NCBI GenBank assembly: GCA_965178125.1
Contig: OZ237756.1
Span: 62,001 to 126,000, forward strand
DNA from: Bilabrum cf. latius
Taxonomy: Eukaryota
Length of the DNA: 64,000 nucleotides
Reading direction: 5' to 3'
A program made the translations under genes and the position numbers. Shown here piece by piece: positions 10,801-24,226 of this stretch (positions are counted from its first letter, which is position 1; every line of letters starts with the position of its first letter). The notes beneath the pieces are model-generated. The model did not search any database. It was not told the origin of the DNA and saw nothing but the letters and a program-made list of their open reading frames with translations.

Positions 10801-13800
10801 GAGGGTGGGGCACAGTCCGGCAAGAGTCGGCAGCACACTTACAGCGGCAACATTAGGACGGGAGACTCATCACATCAAGATCAGGAGCAGGGAGGCGCAT
10901 CCGGTGGGATACCCTCGGCGTCCTCGTGGCAGCCAGATGATCCGCTGGACACTGGAAGAGGCTCCTATGAGACGGTGGAGGTGGATGGTCCCACGCAGGA
11001 CGGTTCTGGCAGCGGCTCTGGCTCGACCTCCAGCAGCCCAAGCAGCCGCGAAAGACCCATCACGAAGGACGCGGCCGGCTGCTTCAACATCACCACGGCT
11101 CTTGAAATCGCACTCAGGGCATCGTGGATCGTGCGAGACAGCGGCAGGCGAGCTGGGCTAGAGCCAGGAAGCAGCGTGCGAGTTGGAGCTGGGATTGCAT
11201 TCGGCAGCAAGACCGTGTGCGGGTTCATGTCAAGGGGATCTTCGGCCCATCGATGGAGCGTGTTTGGAGACGGGGCCACGGAGGCTCACCAACTAGCGGC
11301 ACAGGGGCCTGGGATCCACATCAGCTCACGCGCTTTGGAGCGGCTGCAGAGCCCTTCGTCATGGGGCATCGTGCACAGCGACACTCTCAGGAGGCTGCAG
11401 AGGGTGCAGGGCGGCTGCACGGCCCACCTTGTCATGCCGTGGATGCGCGGGGCAGGCGTGCACCGTCCTGACCCGAGGTACAACTTACAGAGGGAAGTGG
11501 AGCAGGCGGAGCGGCAGCTCGTGTCTGGGTGGAGGCAGAGGATGAGGGGAGAGGCGAAGCAGCTGCTTGAAATGTGCGAAAAGAGGCCGATGCCCGTGGA
11601 TGCGGTGGCGTTCGGGGCCACAGTGCCCGCGACCCACTACTACGAGGTGCCTCACGATCGGAGCGAGGAGGATGAAATGCGAGGCGCAGAGCACTCGGAG
11701 TCAGGTGCTGTCTTGTGGGGAGACAGGAGCATCCCGGGTGGCTTGGGACAAGTGAGACGGGCTGCTGGTGGCGAGGGGGGGCATCGGAGAGGTGGAAGAG
11801 CCAGGGTTGGCAGGGGTGGCCGACACGGAGGCAGGTCAAGATCGAGGGCAGGTGCCAGCATTGGTCACTCTCTATAGATGTCGCTTCAGGGCACTAGCGT
11901 GGTCCTAGACGTGCTGGATCGCATGCGTTCGCTTGCAACGGCGCGGACTGCTCCTGGCTCTGGTAGAGGCGACGGCAGCTCAGTCGGTGCCCGGGGCAGA
12001 GGGTCAGAACGCACTTGGAGCGGGAATAGTGGACGTAGTGCCGACGCATTTAGCCGCCGATCTCGACGGGGCGGGAGGAGGCGGCAGCAGAGGGGCGTGA
12101 CTGTGATGAGTGCTGACTCAGGGACCCTGTCCATGTCGCTCAGCAGCAGCGTGGACTCCAGGTGGGCAGCCACTAGGACCCTGCAGTTCGGAGAGGACTG
12201 GGTGCCCGTGGCCTCCCAGGTGCCTGAGGAGGTGGATGTGCCGCTGAGGGCGGCGGTGCGCAGCGCAGACGACACCGTGCGGCTGCAGCTAGGTCTGCCT
12301 CGGCTTCGTAGAGGGGCAGAGGAGGCCTTGGTGAGACTGATGCAGAGGCACGAGCCAGGCAAGGAGACGCAAGTCAGGTCCACTGGCAGGCGGGCCATTC
12401 CTCGGGAGCACAGTGACCCCACGAGTGCCACCACGGTAGGCTAGAGCTTCAGTCTAGCCCCCTCTCGCGGGCGTGGGAGAGGCATCTCTCCGCCTCACCC
12501 ACGTTCTCAGCACGTGGTGTCCGCCCGTGGTGGTCTGGTACAGGGTAGGGAAATTTCAAGTAGACAGATTCAGACTCAGAATAGGCAGGGGCTGCTAGTG
12601 CCAACCCGCGAGGGAATACGAGAAGAGGGCAGGCCCAAGGATAGGGGCAGGGGCAGGGGCAGGGGCAGGGGCAGGGGCAGAGATGGAGGAGGTAAGGGTA
12701 GAGCAGCAAGGACAGACTCGGAGAAACCCGCTCCCAAGTCATAGTCCAGAAGCAGCAGCCGATTGCGCGGCAGACAATCACCTGCGCCGACTCCAGAGCA
12801 TGCGCGTGCGAGCCGCACCCATGGGGGTCCCGCCCGCATGGCGCGCGACCAGGTGCACGCAGCCGGCCTGAGCACCGATGAGAGGCAGAAGGTCGTGAAG
12901 TCGCAAGCCTTCGACTACGTGCGGTCCCCGCCCACTCGGTTCGTGCAGCACCCCATCATCCTGCTGGTCGCGGGGCTGTTTGCCGGACTGGATGCTCTGC
13001 TTGTGGTGCTTCGACTGGCTTACACGGTGCCGCAGTTGAGTCCAGGGAGCATTGACACTTTCGAAGATGCTTTGGCAGCTGGCACTAGGGCGGTGCAATG
13101 GCAGCTTTTCTGCAGCATTAGTCTCATAGCAGCCACAGGCCTTATGCTCGGATGGCGGTACTTTCACCTGCACACGGGTACTGGTCCTATCCCCGAAGAA
13201 GACAGGAAAAAAGGGATCGTTAGGTACGTATGCATGACCAGCGACACTGAGAATGGGGCGGTGTATGGGGCCATCAATCTGGTGGCCCTCGTAGTCATGC
13301 GAGTCGCAATCCACATGACTCGTTCGGAACTACTGAGAGACTCCACCGTTGGCTGTGTCGCTTTTGCTGGCATGTACACGCTACCAGTGGCGCAGATGTG
13401 CACGCTCATGTTTGTGGTGGTGCTGCTCCGGAGCGCGGATCTACATGGAGTGTTTCGGCCGACGATCTGGATGCGCATCGGGGTGCTGCTCCTCGCGCTC
13501 ATGATTGCAGTCCCCGACGTGGTGATCATGGCAAGTGACTGGGGGCCGTACGTTCTCACATCCGGAACCATCCCAGTGGATGCAGCCGACGTGGGACACG
13601 CCGTCTTTGCGTGCAGACCCAATTTGAACCCTCGACACGACCCCAAACCAATCTATCGAGTGCTCATCGGACTGCGCGGGCTTGCCGCCGCCATTGCCAC
13701 CCTGATCCTGTAGGACGAGCGCGGGATCGTTGTGGTTAGCATGGGGGACCGCATCATGAGGGAACTGGAGGTCCTGTCTGCACGTATGCTCATGAGGAAG

Positions 13801-16800
13801 CAGGTCGTGTTTAGGGTCGTGAGGCATCTGATCCCGTCAGCTCTTCTTGGCGTGATTCAGCAGCAGATCGATGGCGAGGAAGAGGAGGCTAGTGGACAAG
13901 ACCAGGACAAAGGTCATGGGCGTCAAGATGGCGAGACTTCCAATCAAGATCGTGCCGATGCACAGAGCGGAGTGGACCACGCAACCGAGCAAATAGCAGT
14001 GAGGCAGTCCATCGAGAACTAGTCGACTCCTGGCGCAGCTTCGGCGGCAAGTGCTCACGCAGCTCCTGCAACAGAAAGGGTGCAAAATCACGACCTAAGT
14101 CAGACCTCGCCCGCGTTTGGAAGCTTGCATCACATGGGCCGGTAGTCAGACGATCGTTTTGCCCAGCGCGCTGCCCATCTACCACAGCGGTCCCAGATCC
14201 CAGCGGTGTTCCGACACCGACTGATTCTTGCCAAGCCGACCAGCTGCACAGTGCTAGCCGTTCGATTCCGTGTGGCCCAGATGCTGGACTCGCTGGTCTC
14301 GGCCGTCAATCTCTTTCGCCTGAGCCGCATGCTAGCCGCTGTGGTGGAGGACTGCTGCGGGATCAAGTACCCAGGGGGAAACCAGATCATCTGCGAGAAG
14401 CCAGATGGTAGCATCACTGTGGTGCAGCCCAAGGCCCGAAAGAAGAGCGCAAGCATCTTCTTAGGACTCAGGGTGCACGTACACAGCTATGGAATGACTG
14501 TGGTGTTCCGGGACAATTCCAGGCAGGCGTTCCTAAAGGCAAACAGCTCCCTTCGGCAGGTAGGGGGCTACTGCCCAGTGACCCACGCTTTGCTGTCTGC
14601 CTCTGCCGCCATTGCTCGAGTGGAGGCAATTCAGCGCCGGCTGGGGGCGATTCTCTCCATGTCTGCGGCTATCCATGTAGGCGAAGTGGTGCTGGGGACC
14701 ATCGGGGCGCAGGGACAAGCTTGGGATGCATATGGCAGAGGAATCAACAACGCGACGGCGCTGGCGGCAGGTGCCGCGGCAGTCATGTCTCCGGATAGAT
14801 CCTGCATTGCGTTGTCGCAGACCGCAGTGCAGACGGCCGTGCCTTCTAGCCAGTCGCTTTTATAGGGGTTCACAGTGTGTGTGGGGCCGCAAGGCGGAGA
14901 AGGTCCACTTGCATTGACTGCAGGCCGTGCAGGTCGAGACGCAGTGGTCAGAAGCTCCGCCAGCACTGAGACTGGGACGGAGAGTGGCAGCCGAGCTAGT
15001 GCCACGAATGTCAGAGCGGGTGGGTTCACGCCTTCAGCTGAGACTGTGGCATCGGCGCCAGGCCAGCGGCACGCAACTGCCTCTGCTCGTATCCAGCCAC
15101 AGCCAAAATCTTAGCCCCGTTCACTAGGCGTGCCTTAGACTCGGTTGGCTGGGATGCCCCATGGGGATACGAAGCGCATCCCAGTCCGAGGCGTGGGCCA
15201 GGGCACGGGCGCAGGTGACAGCGCACCACCTGGGTCCCCTCGTGGCGCTATCAACGTGGTAGGCGCGGGCGGCCTTCTGGTCCCTCGGCAGGCAGCGGCA
15301 CAACGACCCGGTGCTCTGCAGTCTGTTACTGCACGTGGTGGTGGTGGTGCGGGAGGTGAGCGCGACGCATCTGCAAATAGTGTGGATGTGGGCGGCAGCA
15401 CGGGCGAGGGCCACGATGCGCCCTCCTTGCGAGATGCAAGCGCCACCGGAAGCAGCAGCACTGCAGCGACGAGTTCAAGTCGGTCATCGCAGCAGAAGGA
15501 GGCCGCCGTTCCCGGTCAAGAGGAAGCCTAGGGAGCTGAATCGTTTGTGAAACCAACTGGCGATCAGACGTCCCAAGATTCTGGAGGCGTCTAGCTGTCT
15601 GCATCGCCGAAACGAAAGCGGGGCAGGCAAGTCAGATTGGAGGGGGCAGCAGGCGCCAAGACGAACGGCGGCACTTTAGCGGATAGTCCGCTGGGCGAGT
15701 CATCGGGTGACGAAGACGAAGACTCGGTGGAAATGAACGGCTCGTCCTCCTTCGAAGACATGGAGGAGGAGGATGAGGATGATGACGATGACGATGACGA
15801 TGAGGACGGGCTCGGCACGATGGAAGGCGATCTATCTCCCATGACCAGCTCCTCCAAACGCAGCGGAGGCAGCGGACAGGACTCTTTCCAGAGGTCTGGG
15901 ACCAGCGTCTCAGGGATGGCGGAGGAAGAGGATGGGTCAGCTGAGGGGCTGCTGGTCCAAGGCACAAAACTGAGGGTGCGTGCTGTGGTGGCCAAGTGGT
16001 CACCCAAGCTGCACAATCGTTGGTTGAGCCTTAGCTCGGGGAAGCCGTAGGTTAAAGATGGACAGGCCAGCAGATCCATACGGTCAAGCGGGCTGAAAAG
16101 TTCAGCCGAATGGACGGATCCGGCTCCTGGCGAATTGCCACCCGGGAGTGGCGCCTCAATATCCAGCTAGCTGCGGATCCACGCTCCAAACGGGTCGTCC
16201 CGCGGAGGGGGCATGCAAGCTCCTAGGAGCCCGTTCATGCGCAGCCGCGAGATGAGCGGGCCCAGGGGGCACGCCTAGTTGGCTTCCGGGAGCTCGACTG
16301 AAGTGCAGGCAGGTGCGCCGTCCGTCGCAGTCCTGGAGCGGTGGCTTCGCACTGGCACTGCCCCGGGGGCTTTCATCCGCGGGCAGATGGTGGCGTTCGA
16401 TAGCCAAAGCTTGGGCGGGGACGGCTCGCGCAGAACTGATGTAGACGATGGCTGGCCTGAAGTAGATGCCCCAACGCACCGTGGGAGGCGTGCAAGCGTC
16501 TCTGGCACGAGGTCCTTCGGCTCTGTAGCAATGACCGCCATGTCCACTCGCGACCTCCAGCAGGCTGCCTCCATGCTGAGGGGATACAAGGCCCACTGGG
16601 CGGGGGTGTTCCTTGCCAGACAGAAGCGGATGAGGCTGCTGGGTGCGGGTGCTTTCGGGCGCGTGTTCATGGTGCGGGACTCTGTATCGGGCGCACCAGC
16701 CGCCCTAAAGCTCTTTTAGAAGAAGCAGGCTCTGCGAGACGAGGTGCGGGGCGAGATCGTGGCCCTGGCCGCGCTCCCACCGCACCCTGGGATCATGCGA

Positions 16801-19800
16801 ATGGCGCTGTGCCTTGCCATGACCGACAAGGTTGCTCTGATCACCGAGTACATCAAGGGCACTACCCTGCAGGCCATCGTGTCGGGGGCTCATAGACTGA
16901 GGGCAGACGTGCTGCGCGTGGTGGTGGCCCAGCTGGTGTGTGCCGTCGGGGTGTGTCACGAGGCCGGTATCTTGCACCGGGACATCAAACCAGCGAACAT
17001 CCTGGTGGATTCAAGGACTGGGCACGTGAAGATTATTGACTTTGGACTGTCCGTGCCGATGCGGCGGCCCGGCAGAAGCCACGGCGGCTCCAAAGAAAGC
17101 ATGTCGGGTGGGTAGAACCTTTTCGGTCGTTCCGGTGCCGATGGCATGGGCCTCCCCGTGCCCCAGCTCCCCTCCAATGGCGAACATAGGGACGCGCGAT
17201 TTCGTAGGGCAGGTCTCGCATCTGCCGCCTCCTTGCTGAAAGAGACGCACGTGTCTTCCACCTCGACAAGGGCCATGCAGGCCCAGCTGGCAGCAGTCTC
17301 ACCGTGCATGACCATAGGATAGGCGCACCAAAATATGGCCAACCTCTAGCTCGTGTCTCAGGGGGCTCACGGGCAGATATCTGCCTCCTCATTGGGTTCC
17401 AGCCCTGGGAGCAGCACCCGGCAACAGCCCTCTCCGGGAAAGCAAGACCTAGGACAGACGACTGCCTTGACACGACAGCAATCCAGCACGGGCTCTGAAC
17501 CGGCGTACACTTCAAGCAGTGCGGTGGCGTATTCCAAGCATCACGACGCTATTGAGTCGAGTGAGCCGATGGAGCGCAAGGCACCTCTGAGACCGATGAC
17601 GCGGGAGGCTCCGAATGGAACCCGGATGCTGGCTGCTTTGACCATGCTCGTGTTTGACCAGTCCATCGCTGGGGACAAGCATGTCGAATACTTGCGACGG
17701 GCGGGGCGCAGGCACAGGCGCGCTAGGTCGAAATCGTCCAGCACTAGTGTGGGTGCCAGCAGCAGCTCGGGCTTGCGGTCGAACCATCAAAGTGGCAGCA
17801 GCATCGCTGGTTCAGGCTCCATTCGGGAGTTGTCCGGCGATTCCATTAACCGAAGCAACTCTGGAAACAGCAAAGCTAGCTCTGAGGGTCCACTCATGCG
17901 ACTATGGGAGGTGGAGGACTCGCTGCCTAGCGATGATCAGTACGGGTACAATGGATCGAGTGAGGGTGGCCGCAGGTCCGCCAGCTCGCCGCAGGGCGAG
18001 TTACAAAAAGAACGCAACGCAGCGTTCGCCGGAAGTCGGCTGGCATCGCGACCGCGCTCTCGATTCGTGCTAGCAACGGGAAGTAAGGCCACTGCCAGCG
18101 GGGGTTACACCAGCCCGGAAGATCGCAGCTCATCTGACAAAGCACCACCCACTGCAGCGGCAACTGCGACGGCAGGGAGCACCGTCGGCTCCAGCCGAAT
18201 TGGTCCCTCAAGCAAGTCATCAAGGGGCCGGCATCAAGCTCACTCCATGCTCGCGCCTCCAGTCCTCGACACGTATGCAGAGGCTATGGAGGCGGATCCG
18301 CGGCTGGTCCTGCCACTAGCAGATGAAGACACTGCAAGGCAACTGCTGCATGAGCCAGTGGACGCATTCGAGGCCATCGACGACGACGGCCGAATCGTGC
18401 CTTCGCTCGTGTGGAGCCCTTCCTAGATGCGAGGGGCCATTCTCAGCGACGGCCCTATTTTCGACTGCATCGTTCTGACTGATGTAGGTGATGTGGATGT
18501 TGCCATCGGGCTCCTTGTGCTTATCTCTGCCTTCATGCCGCCCACCCTGGAGAGCAGCCTGCAGGCGATGCAGGCCGCCACTCCCGTGGCAGAGGCAGCC
18601 GAAGGGCATGTACCAAGTCTTCGAGCGTATCAAAATCAGCCGCAAGGCGCCCAAGCTCCCAGCTTAGACTCCAATGCACTAGGCGGCACGCGACGCCCCG
18701 GGAGCTCCAAGGAGCCTAGCCATGTCTCCTCGGGCTCACCCGGGATCAGTCGTGGTGTCGACGGGTGGCCCAAAGGCAGTTCGCTGGCGGTGCCACTTTC
18801 TGTGCTGTTGCCGCGTATTGTGATCATGTTCGAGGCTGGCCTGCCACGTAGGCAGCAGGACCGCATCAGGTACTACGTGAATCGGCTGTGCCCTGGGGTA
18901 TCCTGTGTCCCGATGGAGACCACCGGGTTTGAGCTCTATGGGAAAATGGTGCTGCCTGCCTTTGCGCGAGCAGCGCGGTGGCAGGAGCTGGCCTGCCAGC
19001 ATGCGATGGGCGCTGACTACCTGCGGCCACAATTCAGCATGCCTGGGGCTGAGCGGGCCGGCTGGGAGCACATGCGCAAGCTGGCCTCCTCGGCGCGATT
19101 AGGTGCGATGGCAAACAGACCTCTACGCGAAGCGAATAGGCTGCTGGATGGCAGCCATCAAAACGATAAGAAAGCCGCCGAAGCTTATCCGGCTCAAGTC
19201 CAGTCGACTCGCTAGAATGCACCCGACCCATCGGCTGGCATGGCTATTGCGCTTCCGAGGGGGCGCAGGTCTGAGGCATCTGCCAGCTTCTCGGGGGAAA
19301 CAGCCGTGGCTCACGGCAGTGTGCTTGCCTCACCACGAGCTCCTCTAGCGGTGCATGGTCATCGCAGCGCTGCGGATCAGGCTGCAGACAGGGCTGTGAG
19401 AGGCGGTCAGCTGGCTCTACCCCCGGGGCATGCCGGTGGATGGTCTCAGCAACACGTGAGGGGAGTAGCTGCAGCACCAGGCCCCGTCGGTGGCAGCAGG
19501 GCTCCAGGCAGCAACCCAATGGCCCCGAGGGACCCTTAGAACGAGCAAAGAAAGGCCACGTCTTCGTCGTCGCAAAATACAACAGGTAGTGCTTCAGATG
19601 CACCCACTGGTGGGCCTGGCCTCTTTTCATCATCAGGCGGATCCGCCCTGTACGTGCTGCCCAACGCCAAGGACCAAGTAGACCGCCCCAGCAGCAGCAA
19701 GCTACCCGCACACTTCCATGAGGCGTCTGGTTCGTATGGGGCAAGCAAGAACAGCGACAGCGGCGGGACCCACTTGTCCAGCAGCCAGAAGGCAGGCGCT

Positions 19801-22545
19801 GCCCAGGGACAGCCCCGCCTCACTGGTTACCGTACCATCACGCAGCCTAGCTCCTCGTTGTCATCATCAGGCGCTGAAAGACGCGAGCCATTCTCTCTCG
19901 AGAGCCTAGGTGACGATGCAGCTGTCGGCTAGGCGGTGCAGTAGACCGCCACACCCATCCTCGAGCTTAAGCGCGAGTTCGCAAAGGGATTTGCGGGATC
20001 TCCCGCCTTCATCGCACCGGAGGTGATTCGGGGAGAGCCTGCAAAGGGTTTCGCAAGCGACTGGTACTCGCTGGGCGTGTGCATCTTTCGGCTGGCCAGC
20101 GGGAGGCTGCCATACGAGGCAAACTCGACGGACCAAGTACTGGTCAAGGGCAGAGACGGACGGGTATCCTGGGAGAGGCTTCCACGCACTGGTGATCCTT
20201 TGTTGCTCGACTTGATCGTGGGTCTGCTGGAGCAGGATGCTGGGAGGAGGTACGGCGCGCGGGGCGGAGCCAGGCACCTGATGCGGCACCCGTACTTCAG
20301 CGGAATGGACTTCGATTCTATTTACGCGGTGTCCAGCCCTCTGATTGATAGGGAGCTGTGCGTGGAGTCTGGGGGGCGAGATTGCTTTGCAGACCGGGGA
20401 TCAGCAGTGGATTTCATCAGCTATGCCAGAGGTCTTGTGGCGGGGATGCCTCTGGGGCCCAAACACGCCACGGTGGGCGGGTGGCGAGGCATGCCCGTGG
20501 AAGAGGACGCCTGGTGGGATGCGCCTGAACGGCCTGGAGATAGCAACAAGGAGCAAAAAACCTCGGGGCAGGAATCGAGTGGAGGGGGCGCAGGCGTAAA
20601 CTCCACGCACAGTCAGGGATTTGCAGATGCCAGTGAGGGCACGCCCGTGCCTCTGCCCTCCATCACAGGGCATGAGGGTACTGATCGCACCAGTCAGGCA
20701 ACAGCAGGCAAGCCTCAGGGTGATAACCTCGCTGCACCATTTGGCGGTATGCAGCTGCAGCCTGCCAAACTAGTCCAAGCAAGTGCGGGGCCGATGGGCG
20801 CACAAGGAGGCCGGGGCACAGATGGATCCCCAGTGCAGGGGGATGTCTGGGCGAGGGGCGTGGGTGGCTCTACGGAGGCCTGGGAGGAGAGCGAGGACTA
20901 GAGCACGTCCGTGCCAGCGGGCGGGGAGGATGCAGAGCCAGATGCACTAGAGGACAGGACTGGCGAGGTACATGGGGCATCGGGCACAGCAGAGCAGTCC
21001 AAGCACGAGGCTTCAAGTAGCGGCAGTACCCCAGGCAATTAGCAGGGGAGTTCACTCGAGACACTCACAGCGCAAGCTGATAAAGCCACCGTGGGGGCAG
21101 GCACAGGCACTTCACCCACTGCTGCGGGTACAGGCGCTTCTATAGCAGTACGATCGGCAAGCTTCAAGGGTGCTACCAGTGGGACTCTGACCGTCGCCGG
21201 CGAGGGGGCGCCGGGCGGACGGGGTACGGGAGCCGGGGGTGCACGTGCAGCATTGGCGGCGGCTCGCCCGCGTCATGATGTGCAGGTGCAAGGGGCAGGG
21301 TCGAAGCGTGGTGCAAGCGGGGGCTCCGTGCGCTGGATGGGTCAGCTGGGTAGCAGACGAGGGGGGGGGAGTCGGCTGAGTCGAAGGGGTGGTCGATCCC
21401 TGGAGGAGATGGACGCGGGGCAAGTGGAGTCACTGCGGCGGCAGGCGATCCAGGAGTCGCGGCACGGGGGCTCTAAGGGCCGACTCGAGCCGGGCACCTC
21501 TTTGGTTGCGGTTGACATGAAGACGGGTCGCATTCAGCATGCCGGAGGGATGCCAAGGAGGCCGCGGGGGAAGATGGGTGGAGAGGGCAGGGGTGGGCGG
21601 AGGCGATCAAGGCCCGACAAGAGCAAGAGCGGCCATGCAGGCACGAGCTACTACAACAGCAGCAGGGGTGTGGCCGGCGGGATCCTTGGGCCGCAAAGAA
21701 GTGGGAACAACCAGCAGTCGCAGCAACGTGACGGTGGTGGTGGTGGTAGTGGTGGTGGATCCTACGGGTATGGCGCCGCGCTGCATAGCCAGGAGGTGCC
21801 CGCAGGACAGGAGCATCACCTGGAGGCGATGGTGGCGGCGTCTGCATCGGGCAAGGGTGCGATGGTGGCGAGTCTTTCGGGCTAGGAGTCGCCTGGGCCT
21901 GAGGCAGTCAGCTCCCGACAAGCTGGAGGAAGAGGTTCAGTGTCGGGCACATCATCCACATCATCGCGTCGCTGGAAGTCGGCCGGGGGCAAGGAGGGCG
22001 CCTCCATCGGCGGGAGCAGGGGCACGGGCTCAAAGAAGCGGGGCCGGAAGAAGGGCAGAGGTGGGGCAAAGAACAAGACCCAGCTCAAGCCCAAGAAGAA
22101 GAGCAGCACACGAAGGCAGCAGGGCCAGAGGCAGGGCCAGGGAGAGCTGTGGGAGAGCTCCTCTGACGAGCACGAGCCCGAAGGACAAGCCACAGAGCAG
22201 CATGTTGGGGGTATCCGCGGGAGCCGTGGGGTCCAGCGGCAGCGACAGGACGCCAGTGCTCGCATGGCCCGCATCCTGGGGGAGGAGCCCTCGGAGGGTG
22301 ACCAGCGCGTGTCTCGGGAGCTGGCGGTGGCACTCAGGGAAGGGAGGGTCAGGTCACTGGCGATGGCGTCATCGGTGCACGGGCATGCCAATGCGGCGGA
22401 GGAGGCCGTGGCCTCCTCCGCGCAGGGCAGTGCGATGCACCGGAGTCGGCTGGCGGGCCTGCACGCGGCCTCCGGGGGCTCTTCCTCCTCTGCTGCCTCG
22501 GACCGGTCTGGGAGGGAGGGCAGGGGAGGTGGGCGGAGGATGTGA
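7813..22545 (+). CDS. Giant (~4910 aa) membrane protein: TM clusters, two class III nucleotidyl cyclase-like domains and a Ser/Thr kinase with a huge activation-loop insert
   Basis: Single frame with 35 in-frame TAG and no TAA/TGA until TGA 22543; every gap between track ORFs was translated by hand. Cyclase-like motifs: RVGAGIAFG..VCGFM...RWSVFGDGATEAHQL..QGPGIHISS (~11180-11330) and AAIHVGEVVLGTIG....WDAYGRGINNA (~14665-14760). Kinase motifs: LGAGAFGRV, ALK, HRDIKPANIL, DFG, then GSPAFIAPE and DWYSLG. Confidence 0.85.
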
Positions 22546-22924
22546 TGCGGGGTATTTGGAGCAAATTCGAGTTTCAAAACCGCCGTTGGTTCGCATCCGC
22601 ATAGACGGGGATGTCTAGCGACACCACGCTGTGCTCCGGCGTGAGAAGAGAGCTAGGCGTGCTTTCAACGCGTATCGTTTGTTGATCAAAGTGAAATAGT
22701 CGTTTGTGTCATACCACCAGACTGAATGCGGATTCTTCTGGCACTCACATGTCAGCCGACTGGTTTTGTTTCTTGGACAGATCGGATCCGGGTGATCCAG
22801 GATATTTGGTTCCGCTAGTGTGGATTCGGAGCCTCGATCCTCGTGCGCGGCGATGCGGCCAAATCACCGCCGCGTCATCCGCATTCAATCAGATCCCTCA
22901 CCGAAAAATACGTTTCCAGACGCT

Positions 22925-24068
22925 ATGGCAGCAGCTGCTGGATCGACACGACGAGCCTTTGTTGGTGGAAACTGGAAAGCCGTGAGTTCTCCTCTAGATT
23001 CATCATGATATCGCCACTTGATACGTGTCTCGAATTTGTCATTGTAGCGCACTTGAACCGAAGTTAACGCAAAGTAGCAACACGATTTACTTTCCTACTT
23101 CAAATTAGTACTTGTGTACGACTGAGCACGCATTGAATCATGTGCAAGCTCATCTTGCTTGCGAATGATTGATTAGACACTTGTGCACTGCAGTCAGCCA
23201 CCAAAGAGAAGATTGCCGCCGTCATTGAGGCTGTAAATAAGTGCGATATCCCTGAAACTACCGGTGAGCAATATTTTGGATCGGCGGGCCGTAGCACGGT
23301 CCTCTGGCGTTGTTCTGATCGGAACCAGCGCTTCGTACGACGAGCTCGGTCAAGCTAGTCTCAGCATTAAGCGATGCTTGGAGAGCGACACACGCATTGC
23401 TGCTATCTGTTCTTGACTGATACGCAGATGTCGTATTTGCCCCGTCTGGAATCCACATGGAGTCCACTCGCGCGGCCCTCCGCAAGGAGGCCTCTGTTGC
23501 GTGCCAGTCGATCCACTCGGCGGAGGGCCTGGGCGCCTACACTGGCGAGGTCACGGCTGCCATGCTCAAGGAGGCGGGCATTCAATGGACGCTGGTGGGC
23601 CACAGCGAGCGCCGCAACATCTTCGGTGAGACAGACGAGGCTGTCGCCGCCAAGGTCAAGGTGGCTATGAGCCAGGGCATCAAGGTGATCGCGTGTGTGG
23701 GCGAGACACTCGAGCAAAGGGAGGCCAACGACACCATGAAAGTCGTCAGCGCGCAGATCGAGGCGTTCATACCGTCCGTGGAGCGCTGGGCGGACGTGGT
23801 GATCGCCTACGAGCCCGTGTGGGCCATCGGCACTGGCAAGACAGCCACGGCGGACCAGGCCAACGATGTGCACAAGGCCATCCGCGCCCTCCTGGCCAGC
23901 AAGGTATCTGATGCAGTGGCGAGCAGCACCCGCATCGTGTACGGGGGCTCTGTGAAGGGTTCCAATTGCAAGGAGCTGATCGCTGAGCCCGACGTGGATG
24001 GCTTCCTGGTTGGCGGGGCATCGCTCAAGCCAGAGTTCGCCGACATCATCGCTAGCACTGCGAATTGA
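22925..24068 (+). CDS. TPI: Triosephosphate isomerase (exons 22925-22981, 23194-23263, 23428-24068; ~255 aa)
   Basis: FVGGNWK, GAYTGE, LVGHSERR, IAYEPVWAIGTG, YGGSV, DGFLVGGASLK. GT-AG splicing restores the frame; ends TGA. Confidence 0.96.
22982..23193 (+). other. Spliceosomal intron 1 of TPI
   Basis: GTGAGT donor and CTGCAG acceptor; phase 0; AT-richer than the exons. Confidence 0.8.
23264..23427 (+). other. Spliceosomal intron 2 of TPI
   Basis: GTGAGC donor and ACGCAG acceptor; splicing yields the conserved DVVFAP. Confidence 0.88.
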
Positions 24069-24226
24069 ACTGAGAATGCAATGCCTAGAGAATGCAAGAA
24101 TGTACATCTACCATCTGGATGCATGATCATTTGTGAGCTTCACCTCTACCCATTGGGTCGGATCCAGGGGGATCTGGATTCCGGATGAGTCTATCAGTAG
24201 GCATACCTAGCCTATCTGATTCCAGA

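Noticed and set aside
12645-12681. Hexamer microsatellites (GGCAGG here; GGCTCT ~40395; GGGCAC ~44076; GGGTCA ~57858) as telomeric or regulatory repeats
   Set aside because: They are in-frame dipeptide runs (GR, GS, GH) inside coding low-complexity regions.
7813-22545. TAGs as 3' splice sites of many tiny introns
   Set aside because: The frame is preserved across every TAG with no consistent upstream GTRAG donor. The real introns seen here are 99-212 nt and end in GCAG.
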